Below are positions 12,879 through 25,279 of a stretch of 53,806 nucleotides of DNA, in pieces (the first letter of the stretch is position 1; every line of letters starts with the position of its first letter). Below the pieces are notes generated by a model, which worked only from the letters and a program-made list of their open reading frames with translations, was not told where the DNA came from and ran no database searches. The position numbers and the translations under genes were made by a program. Origin of the DNA: Nemertoderma westbladi (Eukaryota; Animalia; Xenacoelomorpha); assembly GCA_032718475.1 (NCBI GenBank), contig JAUCBJ010008970.1, forward strand, positions 1 to 53,806. Direction: 5' to 3'.

Positions 12879-14360
12879 TCATGTTATGAATGTTTTATAA
12901 TGATAACCGATAACAATTTCGCTGGTTGCATCATCATGTCCAATAGTAGAATCCTCATATAATTTCAGCGCCAATGTCCCATTAAAATAACGTCGTTCAA
13001 TCTCTGCCAAAGATTTACCTTTGGTTTCTGGAATGAAAAATATAACAAAAAGTACGCCTAAAAAAACAACTCCACCAAATATCCAAAAGGTGACATCTTC
13101 ACCAAATGTTTGGTTCATGTTGTCAAACTGCAAAGTGACAATAAAGGCACCTGTCCAATTAGTAGTTGTGGCTAGTGAACTCCCAAATCTTTTAATTTTT
13201 AGAGGAAGAATTTCGGAAACTACTATCAATAAAATGGGTCCCCAACCGAAGCTATAAGATGCAATACAGATAAGCAGAGATGTCATCGCGAGCCAATGGT
13301 ATGAAGACGCGTCTGATACCATGACCATGTCAGATTCGTTGGCCCCCCAGGTCGTCTGATTATAACCAAAACCATTGTTTCTGATCGTGAAATATCCACC
13401 GAAAGTAACACTGCCTAAGGCCAATCCGGCACCAGAGATAACCAAAATCACTTTCCTACCTACCCTATCTGTAAAGAATCCCGAAACTGACAAAACGACG
13501 AATTGCATAATACCGAAGTAAACACTAGCTAAAGAAGGGTCCTCTACACCAGCATTTTTAAATATATCACCCGAATAACATGTTATAGCAGCTATACCAC
13601 TAAATTGTTGGAATAGCATCATAATTCCACTAAGAACTAGCGGTTTGTAAAGAGATGGAGTATTTAAATCGGAGATTCCTATTCCATCTTCGTTTCCTAG
13701 AGTTTGTTCAATTTCTCGAATTTCCTCACAAACAACGTTTTCATCAACCTGACGGAACCACATCAAAGATGCCACCGCTTCACTGCGTCTATTGTGTATT
13801 AGATACCACTGGGGTGTTTCCGCCATAGAGAACATGAGCAAGGTCGGCACAGAAAGTCCCATACCAATGGCGGCCAATATTCTCCAATTCGCTACGAAAT
13901 ACCCTGAACAGTAAACCAAAATGACTCCAAAACTATAATTTTGCCAATATAATGTGGCCAGAACGCCCCTAAACTTTGGTTCAGCGACCTCTGCGCTGTA
14001 AATGTTAATGACCACAGACGCTATTCCGGCCCCCACGCCGGTAAAGAAACGACCGACTACGACAAGATTGGGTATTATATTAGAACCAATAAGAATCATT
14101 ACCCAGCCCGCTGCTGTAGGTACTGTTGACCCGATTATGGCTGACTTTCTCCCGCATCGTACCGCCAGCTCTCCTGCCATCAATGATCCAACAATACCCC
14201 CGACGTTTGCGACACTTCCAACTAAATATTCTTGCTCTTTCTCTATCGTACCATCCGTTACCATTAGAGATAGAGCAGCAGAGGGGAAAGCTAAAATGTA
14301 TCCCAGACTAAGGGAAGCCAATGATGCAACAAATACTGCGCCAAACATATTACGGTTCAT
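12879..14360 (-). CDS. MFS sugar porter (GLUT8/SLC2A8 or Tret1-like), uninterrupted coding sequence
   Basis: 493 aa with about 12 hydrophobic segments and sugar-porter motifs GRK, GRFFTGVG, YSAEVA...RG, ETP.W, QQFSG, DRVGRK, GWGPI, SEILP, PETKGKSL.EI. Confidence 0.93.
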   Translation of the reverse strand: MNRNMFGAVFVASLASLSLGYILAFPSAALSLMVTDGTIEKEQEYLVGSVANVGGIVGSLMAGELAVRCGRKSAIIGSTVPTAAGWVMILIGSNIIPNLVVVGRFFTGVGAGIASVVINIYSAEVAEPKFRGVLATLYWQNYSFGVILVYCSGYFVANWRILAAIGMGLSVPTLLMFSMAETPQWYLIHNRRSEAVASLMWFRQVDENVVCEEIREIEQTLGNEDGIGISDLNTPSLYKPLVLSGIMMLFQQFSGIAAITCYSGDIFKNAGVEDPSLASVYFGIMQFVVLSVSGFFTDRVGRKVILVISGAGLALGSVTFGGYFTIRNNGFGYNQTTWGANESDMVMVSDASSYHWLAMTSLLICIASYSFGWGPILLIVVSEILPLKIKRFGSSLATTTNWTGAFIVTLQFDNMNQTFGEDVTFWIFGGVVFLGVLFVIFFIPETKGKSLAEIERRYFNGTLALKLYEDSTIGHDDATSEIVIGYHYKTFIT

Positions 14361-14495
14361 GGCTGTGTACCGTGTACTACTTATAATATATTAGCCCCTC
14401 TCCAAAATTATTAAACTAAATAATTTATTTATTTATTTTTGATAATGTTCTAGAGCATGTTAGCTATTTAAATACAAAACAATAAGGTGCTAGAA

Positions 14496-14548
14496 CCAAG
14501 GCGATCTAGAAATACAGAAGTCTATTGTGTAGTTCTAGGTCGCCTTGG
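14496..14548. repeat. Short imperfect palindrome (foldback), about 135 bp upstream of the sugar transporter start codon
   Basis: CCAAGGCGATCTAGAA ... TTCTAGGTCGCCTTGG inverted repeat. Confidence 0.7.
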
Positions 14549-15248
14549 CTACAACGAATATTATTAGATTGCGTTTACATTTCTATTAAAATTGAAATAT
14601 TTGTCGGGGTATTATTTTTTACTTGAATTTGCGTCCAAAACCATTTAATTATTAAAAAGTACAAAAAATCACTTTTCTTCGGGAGTTAGGCCAGGTATTA
14701 CGCAAAGTATGACAACTTATTTCCATTTCGGACCCCCAACGATTATATTCCCCAGGGGAAACTGGTACACATTTAGCTCCTATGTAAGGATGCAAGGCAG
14801 AGTTTATACAAATATGATATTTTGTAGCCTAAATCTAAGCATCTTGAACGAGGGAAGTGGTGTTCCATCAATAAACTAAATTCAGTTAATGTTACTGCAC
14901 GCCGTAAATTAACAAGCCGACCATTCTGTATCCCTCAAGAAAAAGCAGAATAAGATTCTGAGATTTGGTAAACTATTTTTTATTTTCTGACCATAAAAAA
15001 ACCTTTACCTATAATATATAGAGGGTGAAGTTCAACCTATAGTAGATATATATCCACAAAATTGAAAATAACATTTCAACATAGCCATTATCAATGTTTT
15101 CAGTAGGGTGTGGTATGGCTCAGCTTGTTACATGCCACGTCGGAATTTTCGCGAAGTTTCTTTTAAAGGTAACACATTGAGAACTAACTGACGTGATATG
15201 AAAACATCCTGTGTGCCTACACCCCCCCCCCCCCCCCATAATATGAAC

Positions 15249-16304
15249 TAGTGTTAAAACGGGATGCCGATCCCGAAAAACCGGGATTCCGGCGAAAAAT
15301 GCAATGATATAATATAATGGTTTTGTTCAGAAATTGAAAAAATGAGAAAGCGCGTCACCGGAGGTTGAACCAGCTCTATACGTACGTTTCAGCCTATCAG
15401 GTCAGGTCAGGTATTCTAGGTCATTGATCAAGAAAACTTGCCACCTCCATGCAGCATAAAGGAGGTGCCACCTGTGGCTGCATAGACCCTCTTATTAGGG
15501 CAAATCTGGTCCTGTAACTAGGACCCCCTTCGTTCTGGGATAAGGACGCCGTTGGTCCTGGATTAAGGACCCATATACTTGGCTGCAGGAGTATATGGCC
15601 TGGCCAGGCAGATGGTGATCTACCAATGGCTGGTCAGGAGTAGAGTGTTCTCATGTCCACTCTGAGAGCACTTCACTGCGACCCGCACCTGGCAGCAGGG
15701 GTACAGGGCATGACCCAGCAGATGAGCTGCACAGCCAATGGTGGGTCATGTGCGCCAGTGTAGATATGGGTGATGGGCCTCATATCTGACTCCACTGCGA
15801 CACCCACCCTGTGGAACGGCAAACCAGGGTGTGGTATTTGCCCCGAGAGCTGAGCAGACTATCAGGCCTCACCAGTAGCGCTAACCAGTTCATCCCTCCC
15901 ACCTAATCCTCTTCCATTGAACAGGCAGTCTTAAGTTGCTTATAATGCAATACCGGTCCCGACTTTTTTGGAACGGGATTCCGAAGTACAAATAATCAAG
16001 TAAATTTGTTGAATATCTGATAAATAGTTCCACCAGAACTGAAATGTTTTGATTATATCGAATTTTTATGTCAGTAAACCATCCAGTAATCAATTGCAAA
16101 ATAATTTTAATATAACTTTATCTTACTAATATTTCAGAAGTGTAAGATAAAGTGAGAGTTACCCAAAACCCGCCGCATATACTAATAACTTTAAGGAATT
16201 TAATCCAAAATTGCAATCCCGATCCCGAAAAACGGGATCCCGAGAGTGATAACCACGATCCCAATCCCGGAAATCCCGATAAGACTAATCCCGTTTAAAC
16301 ACTA
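15249..16304. mobile_element. Non-autonomous TIR DNA transposon (hAT-like MITE) containing a nested insertion
   Basis: TIRs TAGTGTTAAAACGGGAT / ATCCCGTTTAAACACTA, subterminal ATCCCG repeats, flanking duplication TAATATGAA on both sides. Confidence 0.75.
15402..15854 (-). mobile_element. Retroposed fragment (SINE or LINE 3' end) with (CCTGA)n tail
   Basis: GC-rich insert in AT-rich context; tail reads TCAGG repeats on the + strand; 12-bp TSD CAGCCTATCAGG (15390-15401) / CAGACTATCAGG (15855-15866). Confidence 0.6.
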
Positions 16305-16661
16305 TAATATGAAGATGAACCAATATTACATTCCCTCAATTGTATCAAATATCAAGAAGTAACCTTAAGTTTTTTTTTATTAAAAATCAATTTCATCAAT
16401 TAAATTTTAAACAACTTGACAGGAAGATCCGAATACAATCACCACCAATATTATTACATAATAATCTCGCTACACTACTATAGTAATAGTAACAAAGAAC
16501 ACAAAATTGCCAAGATCTATCGTAATACTTGTAAACCTGTAAGCTGTAGTTCCGTAACTATTTATTCGATATCGTGATATGATATACTATTACGGCAACA
16601 AACATGTTAAAAAAACAAACCGCCTGTGTAGAGAGGGTGTGTGATAGAATCAAACTATATT

Positions 16662-17165
16662 TTTTGTCTGGTGCGCTTGGAAATTTGTCTGGTGCTCTGG
16701 GGATTTTGTCTGGTGCGCTTGGGATTTTGTCTGGTGCTCTTGGGATTTTGTCTGGTGTTCTTGGGATTTTGTCTGGTGCTCTTGGGAATTTGTCTGGTGC
16801 TCTTGGGATTTTATCTGGTGCTCTTGGGATTTTGTCTGGTGCTCTTGGGATTTATCTGGTGCTCTTGGGATTTTGTCTGGTGCTCTTGGAAATTTGTCTG
16901 GCGCTCTTGGGATTTTGGCTGGTGCTCTTGGGATTTTGTCTGGTGCTCTTGGGATTTTGTCTGGTGCTCTTGGGATTTTGTCTGGTGCTCTTGGAAATTT
17001 GTCTGGCGCTCTTGGGATTTTGGCTGGTGCTCTTGGGATTTTGTCTGGTGCTCTTGGAATTTTGTCTGGCGCTCTTGGGATTTTGGCTGGTGGTCTTGGG
17101 ATTTTGTCTGGTGCTCTTGGGATTTTGTCAGGTGTTCTTGGAAATTTGTCTGGTGCTCTTGGGAT
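16662..17165. repeat. 21-bp minisatellite, about 24 copies
   Basis: Unit TTGTCTGGTGCTCTTGGGATT; it produces the low-complexity ORFs seen in all three + frames. Confidence 0.97.
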
Positions 17166-18071
17166 ATTCGTATTATTATAACATTCTATTACAGATCATA
17201 TTACTACCGGTAGTATAAACTATTATATATTAATAGATTTTTTTAATTTATTATATTTAATTATTTATTAACTTTTTACATGTGTTAGGAACAATAATAA
17301 TAATGATGCGTCATAAATGTGGCGGTTTCTTCTCAATATCAACAAAATATTTATGAAAATCTAAATTTTTTAGAAACGTCAACGTTTACTGGGTTTTGTT
17401 TTCTTGTGAAACAACAAATTCATCTGTACCATTACTATATAATGTATATATAGACAGCACCATATATGTGTATGCGGTATAACACTTAGTTTTAAATTTG
17501 ATGAAGATATTAAACGGACATCACAGCGACAGAAGTTATCGATATACCTGTATATGTCCGACCGGTATATATAAATAGTAAGCAATATAATTGGAGGGTC
17601 ACAGTGAATGTCACATTATTCGCATTTTTTAATTTATATTGTATGAAACCGCAAAGGAAAACAAATACTTTTTTAAGTTATTTATCATTATTATCTGTTA
17701 TTAAATTACAATTAGTTGCAATTTCACAACTAATTGAGATATTGAGCAACAAACCAGAGGCGCAAACGATATAATAGTTATACCAAATCCAGGAATATAT
17801 TAATTATTCCTGTTGTAGAAATTAAGGAATATTTTGTGTAACGCAAATGAATATCCCAGAATAAAGTCCAAATGTTTCGTCTAAATCAATCACTGGTGAT
17901 GAAGTCATAACAATATAAGTTCAAAATGTCGTATTAGGCCTAAATGATCATTTAATTATCTCTCATTTGTTCGACAAAAAGATTGTCTAGTTGATGACGC
18001 CATCGTGTTGCCAATACATAGTATATGGAACAGAACTATCAGCTTAAACATCGTATACAGGTACAACTCGC

Positions 18072-18533
18072 TTACTTCTCGGAAACTTCCTCGAAGTTTG
18101 TGTCGACTAACTCGGGGATATCATCGTCGTCGTCGTTCCCCATATCCGCATCCCCCGTCGGTTTATTCCATTGCATACTCTCGGCCAACTTCTTTAACGA
18201 CGATATTGAATCGCCTCCCAATTGGTTGAGTATCCCGGGCAACAACTCGGTTAGTTGTTTAGTCTCGGAGTGACCGGTTATAGCGAATGTGTTCGCCGTG
18301 AGACTCGCCTGCGCCTTGGGGTTGTTAAAGTGGATCACGCTGCCGTCGCTTTTGATCATGTTAACCTCCTCAATGCCCGCGATGCTGTTCACCCCCATAC
18401 GTTTCAGTGTGCTCTGCAACTTTTTGTCGTCGGTTGTCGCGGTTCGATGGACTATCTTTTTCTTTCGTCTCTGGGTCCCTTTACCCCCGATTCGTACCCC
18501 CTCCGTCATCTTCTGAAGTTTTTCTGGGTTCAT
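18072..18533 (-). CDS. BTF3: BTF3 / nascent polypeptide-associated complex beta subunit, uninterrupted coding sequence
   Basis: MNPEKL...[14 protein letters not shown]...[49 protein letters not shown]...LPGILNQLG...DDDIPELV..F. Confidence 0.96.
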   Translation of the reverse strand: MNPEKLQKMTEGVRIGGKGTQRRKKKIVHRTATTDDKKLQSTLKRMGVNSIAGIEEVNMIKSDGSVIHFNNPKAQASLTANTFAITGHSETKQLTELLPGILNQLGGDSISSLKKLAESMQWNKPTGDADMGNDDDDDIPELVDTNFEEVSEK

Positions 18534-18879
18534 TTTTTTAGGCCAAATAAGTTAATAGTAGCAGATAATCGATAACTAAGTAAACGGTCAATGGCAGATT
18601 GAAATGAATGTCATTGGTAGAGCTACCGTACAGCCGTATGCACAGATCAGCAGATGAATGTAGACTAGACAGCTAGGTTAGCTACAGTTTGAACGTTCAT
18701 TGCATACTTTTAGTCTTTTAATTCAATAATATTTGTTTTTTGAAAAAGTATGTTACCCTTAGGGTCTAGGTAATATTATCGTAAAAATTTTTTTTAACGC
18801 AATAGGCTGAAATTAATTTTATTGAAATAATCAGCCCCAATTCGCCCCTTTTCGCCCCAAGTCGATAGTGTTATCCAAA

Positions 18880-19975
18880 GCAAACTATAGCGCAATGGCG
18901 ACCTATATCAAGTCTTTCAACTGGATAGAAATTATATCTCCAATGGATACTACAGCTGTACAGAGGCATGTGCAGATGTGCGTTTTTATATGAAACTCTT
19001 GACTATTGTATTTATAACTACGTACCCGTTAAAAAATATCGATCACACAACTACCCAAAATGGATGACTAAGGATGTCCGCAAGGTGATTGCACTGAAAA
19101 AATCTGCATGGCGAAACTTCCGCAGAGCAGATTCAACTTCTGCCTACAAGTACAAACAAACACGCAATATTTACAATGCTATTGTAATAAAATCCAAACA
19201 AGATTACGTGCGCTCAGTGGCATTGGCAGCCAGCAAAGACCCTAAACAGTTATGGGAATTTGTACGGTCTAAAACGAAGTCTCGCCGTACAATAGCTTCA
19301 CTGAAAGACAAACGAGGTAATATTGCAACATCTAAAGTCGATTAAGCAGAAGCTTTGAATCAGCAATATTTTTCTACATTTACTACCGAGGACACACATA
19401 CTGTTCCTGATATATCGAACTCCGTGCCAGAAGCAAAAATTTGCTCAGTAGAATTCACACCAAATGTAGTTGAAGACGCTGCATCACAAATAAATGCATC
19501 GGGGGCTCCTGGTCCTGATGGAATCTTCCCTATACTGATAGTGACACTCTGTGATTTCTGTGTTGGCTCTACCCCTCTCCATTATTTTTCAGAAGTCATT
19601 AAATAGGCCTAGTGGTGTTGTCCCACAACCTTGGAAGGAAGCAAACATTACCCCCATATTCAAGCGCGGAGTACGCTACCTCCCTACTGCCCTATCAACT
19701 ATCGGCCAGTTTGCTTGACCTCAATCCTCTTCAAACTGATGGAAAGAATAATAGCCAATAACTTATACTCTTTCTGGAAAGAATTCTCACTGCTGGCCAT
19801 GGCGCAGTACGGATTTCAAAAAGGAAAGTCGTGCATCCTATTCGCAGACAATACGAAGAACAGTGCCATTTTCACTCCGTCGCCATATCTAACTTGTGGG
19901 CCTCTACAAAACGACCTCGACAATCTTTACCGATGGACTGTAATGTGGCAGCAGCTTTTTAATTTAGATTTTATT
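18880..19975 (+). mobile_element. Decayed CR1-like LINE fragment with an internal RT deletion
   Basis: PKWMT, DPKQLWEFV, APGPDGI, NYRPVCLTSI, then QYGFQKGKSC joined directly to LFADNTK and LQNDLDNLYRW; contains stops and frameshifts. Confidence 0.8.
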
Positions 19976-20156
19976 GTATCTGCAATATAAAATTTAGTTG
20001 GACAATAATCACATTTTATGACCAAATCATCAGTACTTTTGCAGTCATGGTGTATATTTCATATTACAATTCAAGATCTTGTGCTACTTTCCGACTTTAA
20101 GGTGATATATATATGTATATCACCTTGTTCTGTTGTTGACTTTTAGTGGTGGTATT

Positions 20157-20659
20157 CCAGTCTGCAAACCACCACTGAACCGCGCACAACGCCTGCGCAC
20201 AATTTTTCACCCGCGCAATATTGGACAATATACCGCGCATGCACCGAAAAAAACGCGCACACCTCATTTTAACAAAAAAAAAACATACGCGAGTGAAGCA
20301 AACAAAATTGTTTCATTAACAATGCAAAATGAAAAAGATACGCGAGCAAAACTGACAGTGAGCGAAATTTAGACATTTGAGCAATCTGACAATGCAAAGA
20401 AACGCGAGTGAAGCGAGCGAAATTTTTTGTGGCAATTTTTTTTTCTCACTTTGCATTGCATGCATGAAAAACCTTCTTACACCTCATCCGCCTGTCCGCG
20501 CACTTATGACTTTTGATATTTTGCACAGATTACTGCGCACTTTTGTTGTCTTTCACATAATTTCGCGCACTTTTATTTCAATTCCGCACGCTTTTACCGC
20601 GCACTATTTCAAATATGCGCACAATGCGTTGCGATTTTTGCACTTCATTTGCAACCTGG
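20157..20659. mobile_element. hAT-type MITE
   Basis: TIRs CCAGTCTGCAAA / TTTGCAACCTGG; perfect 8-bp TSD GTGGTATT at 20149-20156 and 20660-20667; subterminal GCGCA motifs. Confidence 0.85.
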
Positions 20660-21049
20660 GTGGTATTTGACTCATTTTATGCTTATTGGAACACCTCTAA
20701 AAAAGAAACACTCTCACAGAATGCTTCGCTATGATAAGTATCTTATTGCAAAACGCCCCATCGCGACGTTAACGATGATCGCGATTGTGGTGGCATAACT
20801 TTGATGGCATTAAGCGCTGGGAAGACAGGTAGACTTCAACCAAATTGAAAAAAAAGGTTCACAACTTATTTTTTCACCATTTGGCAAATTCTGGGAGGGG
20901 GGTTGCAAGTGTTTTTCTATTTAATGTTACCGGTACTAAAAATGTCTTTATCAATTTGGGGTATAAAAATACCTGACTGCCTGATGTTACCGGTAAGGGA
21001 AATTTTTTTACCATACTGCCATCCTGGCCATACCGGAGGATGGAGGAGG

Positions 21050-21810
21050 GTTAATAACGACGGTCGATCTGGTTCCATTATTTAGGCCTAATTACGACGG
21101 TCGATAATGCAGTAATGTCAACATTAATAACGACGGTCGATCCGGTTCCAGTATTTAATTACGATGCACAGATGCACGATAATTATCAGCATTTAATTAC
21201 GACGGTCGACAGGTCGATAGGTAGGTAATTTACAGTAGGCCCCTATTTAATTAGTGACGGTCGAAGTTGGTAGCTTTATCGGCTGTCATAAAATTATATC
21301 GAATTAAAATACCAAAAGTATGCCATATTAACAGATTAAACTAGCTCAGTACTAGCTACGGTACCTACTACTGTACTACCGGTACTGTACTGACATACAC
21401 CTACCGCTCTACCAGTGACCAGCCTACTTCAGTACCGGTACTTGTACTTCAATCAGTCAGTCAGTACCAGTAGGTACATCTGATCTATTCCTGTATTATT
21501 AAATACGCATGCTTCTACAGTCAACAGTCTGACAGTAGGCCTACTACAGTACTAAAATGTAAAACTAACAGTACATACCATAGAGTCATGCCATAGAACT
21601 GTAGGCCTAGAGCCTGAGAGCTGTAGAGTAGAAGTTTCTGCACCGCTGTCTACCGGTAGGGTAGCTGTACGCTGTACATACCTAGGCTCCGGCTAATCGG
21701 TGGGCCTACCTCTGTACCTATATATCAGTAGGCCTATATAGCAACCTGCACGCCCTGCAGCCCTGTCTGCCTGTCAGCCTGTAATAACCCTGTAAACTGT
21801 AGTTACCGGT
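21050..21810. promoter_or_regulatory. Motif-dense island (GACGGTCGA x5, several TAGGCCTA and TACCGGTA); possible promoter or first-intron region
   Basis: The motif clustering is seen directly and resembles the region just 5' of ADRM1 (8749-8945). Function is inferred only. Confidence 0.3.
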
Positions 21811-22726
21811 AGGGTGGAAACTTGAATTTTAGAATTTCAAAATTGTAACAATTTTTTTCAATGCACGGTCCTATTTTAAGATGTTTGACACCATTTGTAC
21901 CTTCCCAAATGAATTTTCCATCAATTGCCCCAGGGGTTTTCGAAATGACCCATATCGCGCAGTTATACTGTTATACTATCTTACTACAGTCTACAGTACT
22001 ATCAATTGCACGTAAATGGCAATTTTGTCAGTTAGGACACTTCCAGTCATCGTATGACATCAATTTTTAGTCTCATTGGAACCGCCATGGTCGATTTAGT
22101 GGGGGTAGATGAGATCCTTGAAGCCCTCAAACCAATATTTTGGAAGCTGGAATCAAATTTATTTCAAAATTTCCAAAAATATTATGGGAAAATTCAATGA
22201 AAAAGGCCAAAATGTCAGTTTTGAGACTTCCAGTCATCGTATGACATTAATTTTAGTCTCATTTGAACTACAATCATAGTTGGGATTTAGTTGGGGTAGA
22301 AGTTGATAAAAATAAATTTTTCAAAATGTTTTTGCCATTTTTCACTAATTTTATCTTAAAAGTGTTGTTCATAACTATAAGCCCATATTCGCTTGATCTG
22401 TGTTGTATCTAATATTAATTATGTTGGCAGGTTGGTCGCAAAGAGCTCATGTGTGGCTCATTCGAACCGCAATCATTGGTCGTACAGAGCTAAAAAACTC
22501 CTACGAAGCTGAATACTCATTTTCCTTTACATGGTGTATATAGTTACGGCGTATAGTTCGTATGGCCACGAACTAAAAATGGAATTCAACACTAATGCAT
22601 TAATACAGTATTGTATGTAATATTCTCATCCGCATTAAACTGAAACTGTATAGGACAGGTTAAATGTGACAATAATTGATGTCAATTTTGGGTTGCGTCC
22701 TGTGACGGGGGGTGGGGGATTGGGAG

Positions 22727-22887
22727 CTATTCATCGGATTTCCTTGTTTCTCTTCCATCGGTTAATATATGCCTTGCTTTTCTTCTTTCCCGTTCATGGA
22801 TTCTCCGGAGAGGTAAAGAAACCATCCCCGATAAAGTTATACTTGTTCCCGAACAGTAGAACATATGGTCGATGTTACCCACTCTTT
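22727..22887 (-). CDS. Terminal coding exon of an SLC16 monocarboxylate transporter
   Basis: Acceptor TTTTCAG| at 22888; phase-1 frame reads (E)RVGNIDHMFYCSGTSITLSGMVSLPLRRIHERE...SDE*, matching the last TM helix and tail of invertebrate MCTs; phase is compatible with exon 24349-24598. Confidence 0.75.
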
Positions 22888-23240
22888 CTGAAAACACATT
22901 GAAATATAAATTTTAAACCAGTTTAATTTTATTTAATGCTGTGTATGTAGGCCTATTGTACTGAAATATTTTATTTGCTTAGTAGTGTGTTTAAGATAAC
23001 GCTTTTCAAGATGAATTTGTGAGAAGTTTTAAAAATGAAAGAACTCACGTATAATAAATGTTATTTGGTCTCAAAATGTCTGAGGGCCTAGCCTGGCATG
23101 TCTTCTGTCAGATCAGGTAGTTTAAAAGGCTAAAGGACATACTGGATAATGAATTTGGTCCAAAATGCTCCAATAACTTGCTAAATAACTTTTTCTTGTG
23201 CCACTTTTACCAAAGTTTCAGCTTATTTAAGAAATGGACA

Positions 23241-23975
23241 CTACTAATAATACTACTAGTAAAATAGCGCAGCCACAACTCCCTATCACCCATGACTTTC
23301 GCGAGATAATCCGCATCTTCGAGTCCAGTGTCCTTTAAGAGGCGTCTCAAGAAAGTCATGGGCTGTTCACCTTGCTTATTCACTCCATGAGGCCAAAGCA
23401 CAAGATTGTGCACTGCTTGGTCCTCAATGCGAGAGCAATGTCCTGCAAAGCGGAGGCGGCTCCGTCCAAGTGTAAAGCTAGGAACGGAGAACATAATCAA
23501 CCACAATTACGAATAAGAATGGTGCAAGTGTGTCACCCTGAAGGACTCACCATAAGGATTCGAATGGATCTGTGTCACTATCATCCGTAGACACAAATAT
23601 GGAGGAACCATCGTACAGTGTTCTGATAGCTGCAATAATTTCCTCAGGAATCCCATATGCTGCCAGTAAGCCGAACATACGTGGTCGGGTCGGGAGGAGA
23701 CTGAGTCGAAGGCTTTAAAGGAGTCAACAACGGTAACAGCCAGATGCCTGTCTTTCTTTTTTGGTAACTCTTCGATTATCCTTCTAAGTGCCAAAATGGG
23801 CTCCATGGCCCCACGACCTTTACGGAACCCATTCTGATTTCTACGGAGCAGTCTCGCAATGGGATCCCTGATGCGATTTAATAGAATTCTATTGTATAGC
23901 TTTGCAGCAATCGAGATTAATGAGATTTCACGAAAAGATTCATAGGTTGTTAGGTTGCGCTTCTTTGGGAATGGG
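23241..23975 (-). mobile_element. Decayed RTE-clade LINE (same family as 5556-5822) in an MCT intron
   Basis: ISLISIAAKLYNRILLNRI, QNGFRKGR, KAFDSV, RLRFAGHC, DRELW; TAG/TAT tail at 23241-23259; internal deletion. Confidence 0.85.
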
Positions 23976-24348
23976 TCCAACTTATTTGTATTCATTTTTT
24001 GAGGGACTCTCTTTTGTCCTATACATGTCCAGAATAATAATGGGGCAAGAAATGGATAGACGGAAGTGCCGAAAGCACAGTACCTCAGAAAGGCGCAGAA
24101 TGATTACCGGCTCAAACAATGTCCTTAACATTGTTAAGGACATTTGCGGCACAGGATCCAGTGAAGGCTGTATCTAGGTCCCTAAACCTGAACAGGGAGG
24201 TTTGAACAGGAGGTTTGTGAATACAGTATCTTACTATGTAGGTGACCAATAATGTTCGTTTCAATTATAGACATGCCAACGTTAAAACCAGCTGAGTAAT
24301 GCGTAACATTTCAAGTATTATCGACTTAATCAAATTAAATAATATTAC

Positions 24349-24598
24349 CTGCTATTGGAGATCCCGCCATTAGAGCCACTCCGGAGAATAAAAGTGCCAA
24401 CCCATATGCGTTCGTGAGCCTTTCCAGACCAACAAATTCGACAATAATTATTGACTGCAGAGAGACTAGGCAAGCAAAACAGACTCCAAAAACTATTGAG
24501 TAAACCATGAGTTGCTCGTAAGATCTTGCGAAAGGCACTAATATTGTAGAAATCCCACCTATTATTTTTGCACCATTGCTTATCATTAACGAATCAAT
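24349..24598 (-). CDS. Internal coding exon of an SLC16 monocarboxylate transporter
   Basis: Acceptor TTTACATTTTAG| and donor G|GTAATA; reads IDSLMISNGA...YSIVFG...SLQSIIIVEFVGLERLTNAYGLALLFSGVALMAGSPIA, a typical MCT TM9-11 segment. Confidence 0.88.
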
Positions 24599-25279
24599 CT
24601 AAAATGTAAAGATAAACAGTTAAATAAAATCAATACTAGGGAGTACAATAAAAATCAATACTGCAATCCCAATATTATTACGAGAAAAGTATGCACTAAC
24701 ACGACAATTTTGAGGTTTCCTTTCAGCGGAATTCTATAATTTCATATAATTATAATATAATCTAATTAATTATTAATAATCTAATTAATTATATTATAAT
24801 TATAATTTCTATAATTATATCAGTTACCTTGATAATATATCAGGTAATTTTTATAAAATATTTAAGAATTGTCTGCTACTTTACCGAGATAAACTGTATC
24901 AATTAATGTGCGACTGGTCCAAGTAAATTTTATTTCGTTCCGATTGAATCACAGAACATTGCAAAATTGATTAAATTATTCTGGAACGCCAGTATTTCCA
25001 TCCTTAATCTCCCCTTTTGTTTGTCGCATTCTCACAATTTCAGTAGATCCGTAATGAACACGACCAATCTCCGCGTTTATAAAGATAGATAGGGACATTC
25101 GACGCAATCAAAATTCATCCACAGAATTTAAGATTTTGCATTTAAAGTTTTTGTTTTTACTATATTTTTATTTATTTATTTTTATTCATATTATTATTTA
25201 TAATTTTCTTGAATAGAATCTTCATGAAATTTAACCATTCGTATCAAAGTTTGTATTTTCTTCATCTCAGCTAATAGCT

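Noticed and set aside
16604-17218. Three overlapping ORFs with SGALGIL, CLVLLGF and VWCSWDF repeats
   Set aside because: Artefact of a stop-free 21-bp minisatellite; a 1-bp slip near 16850 swaps frames, arguing against coding constraint.
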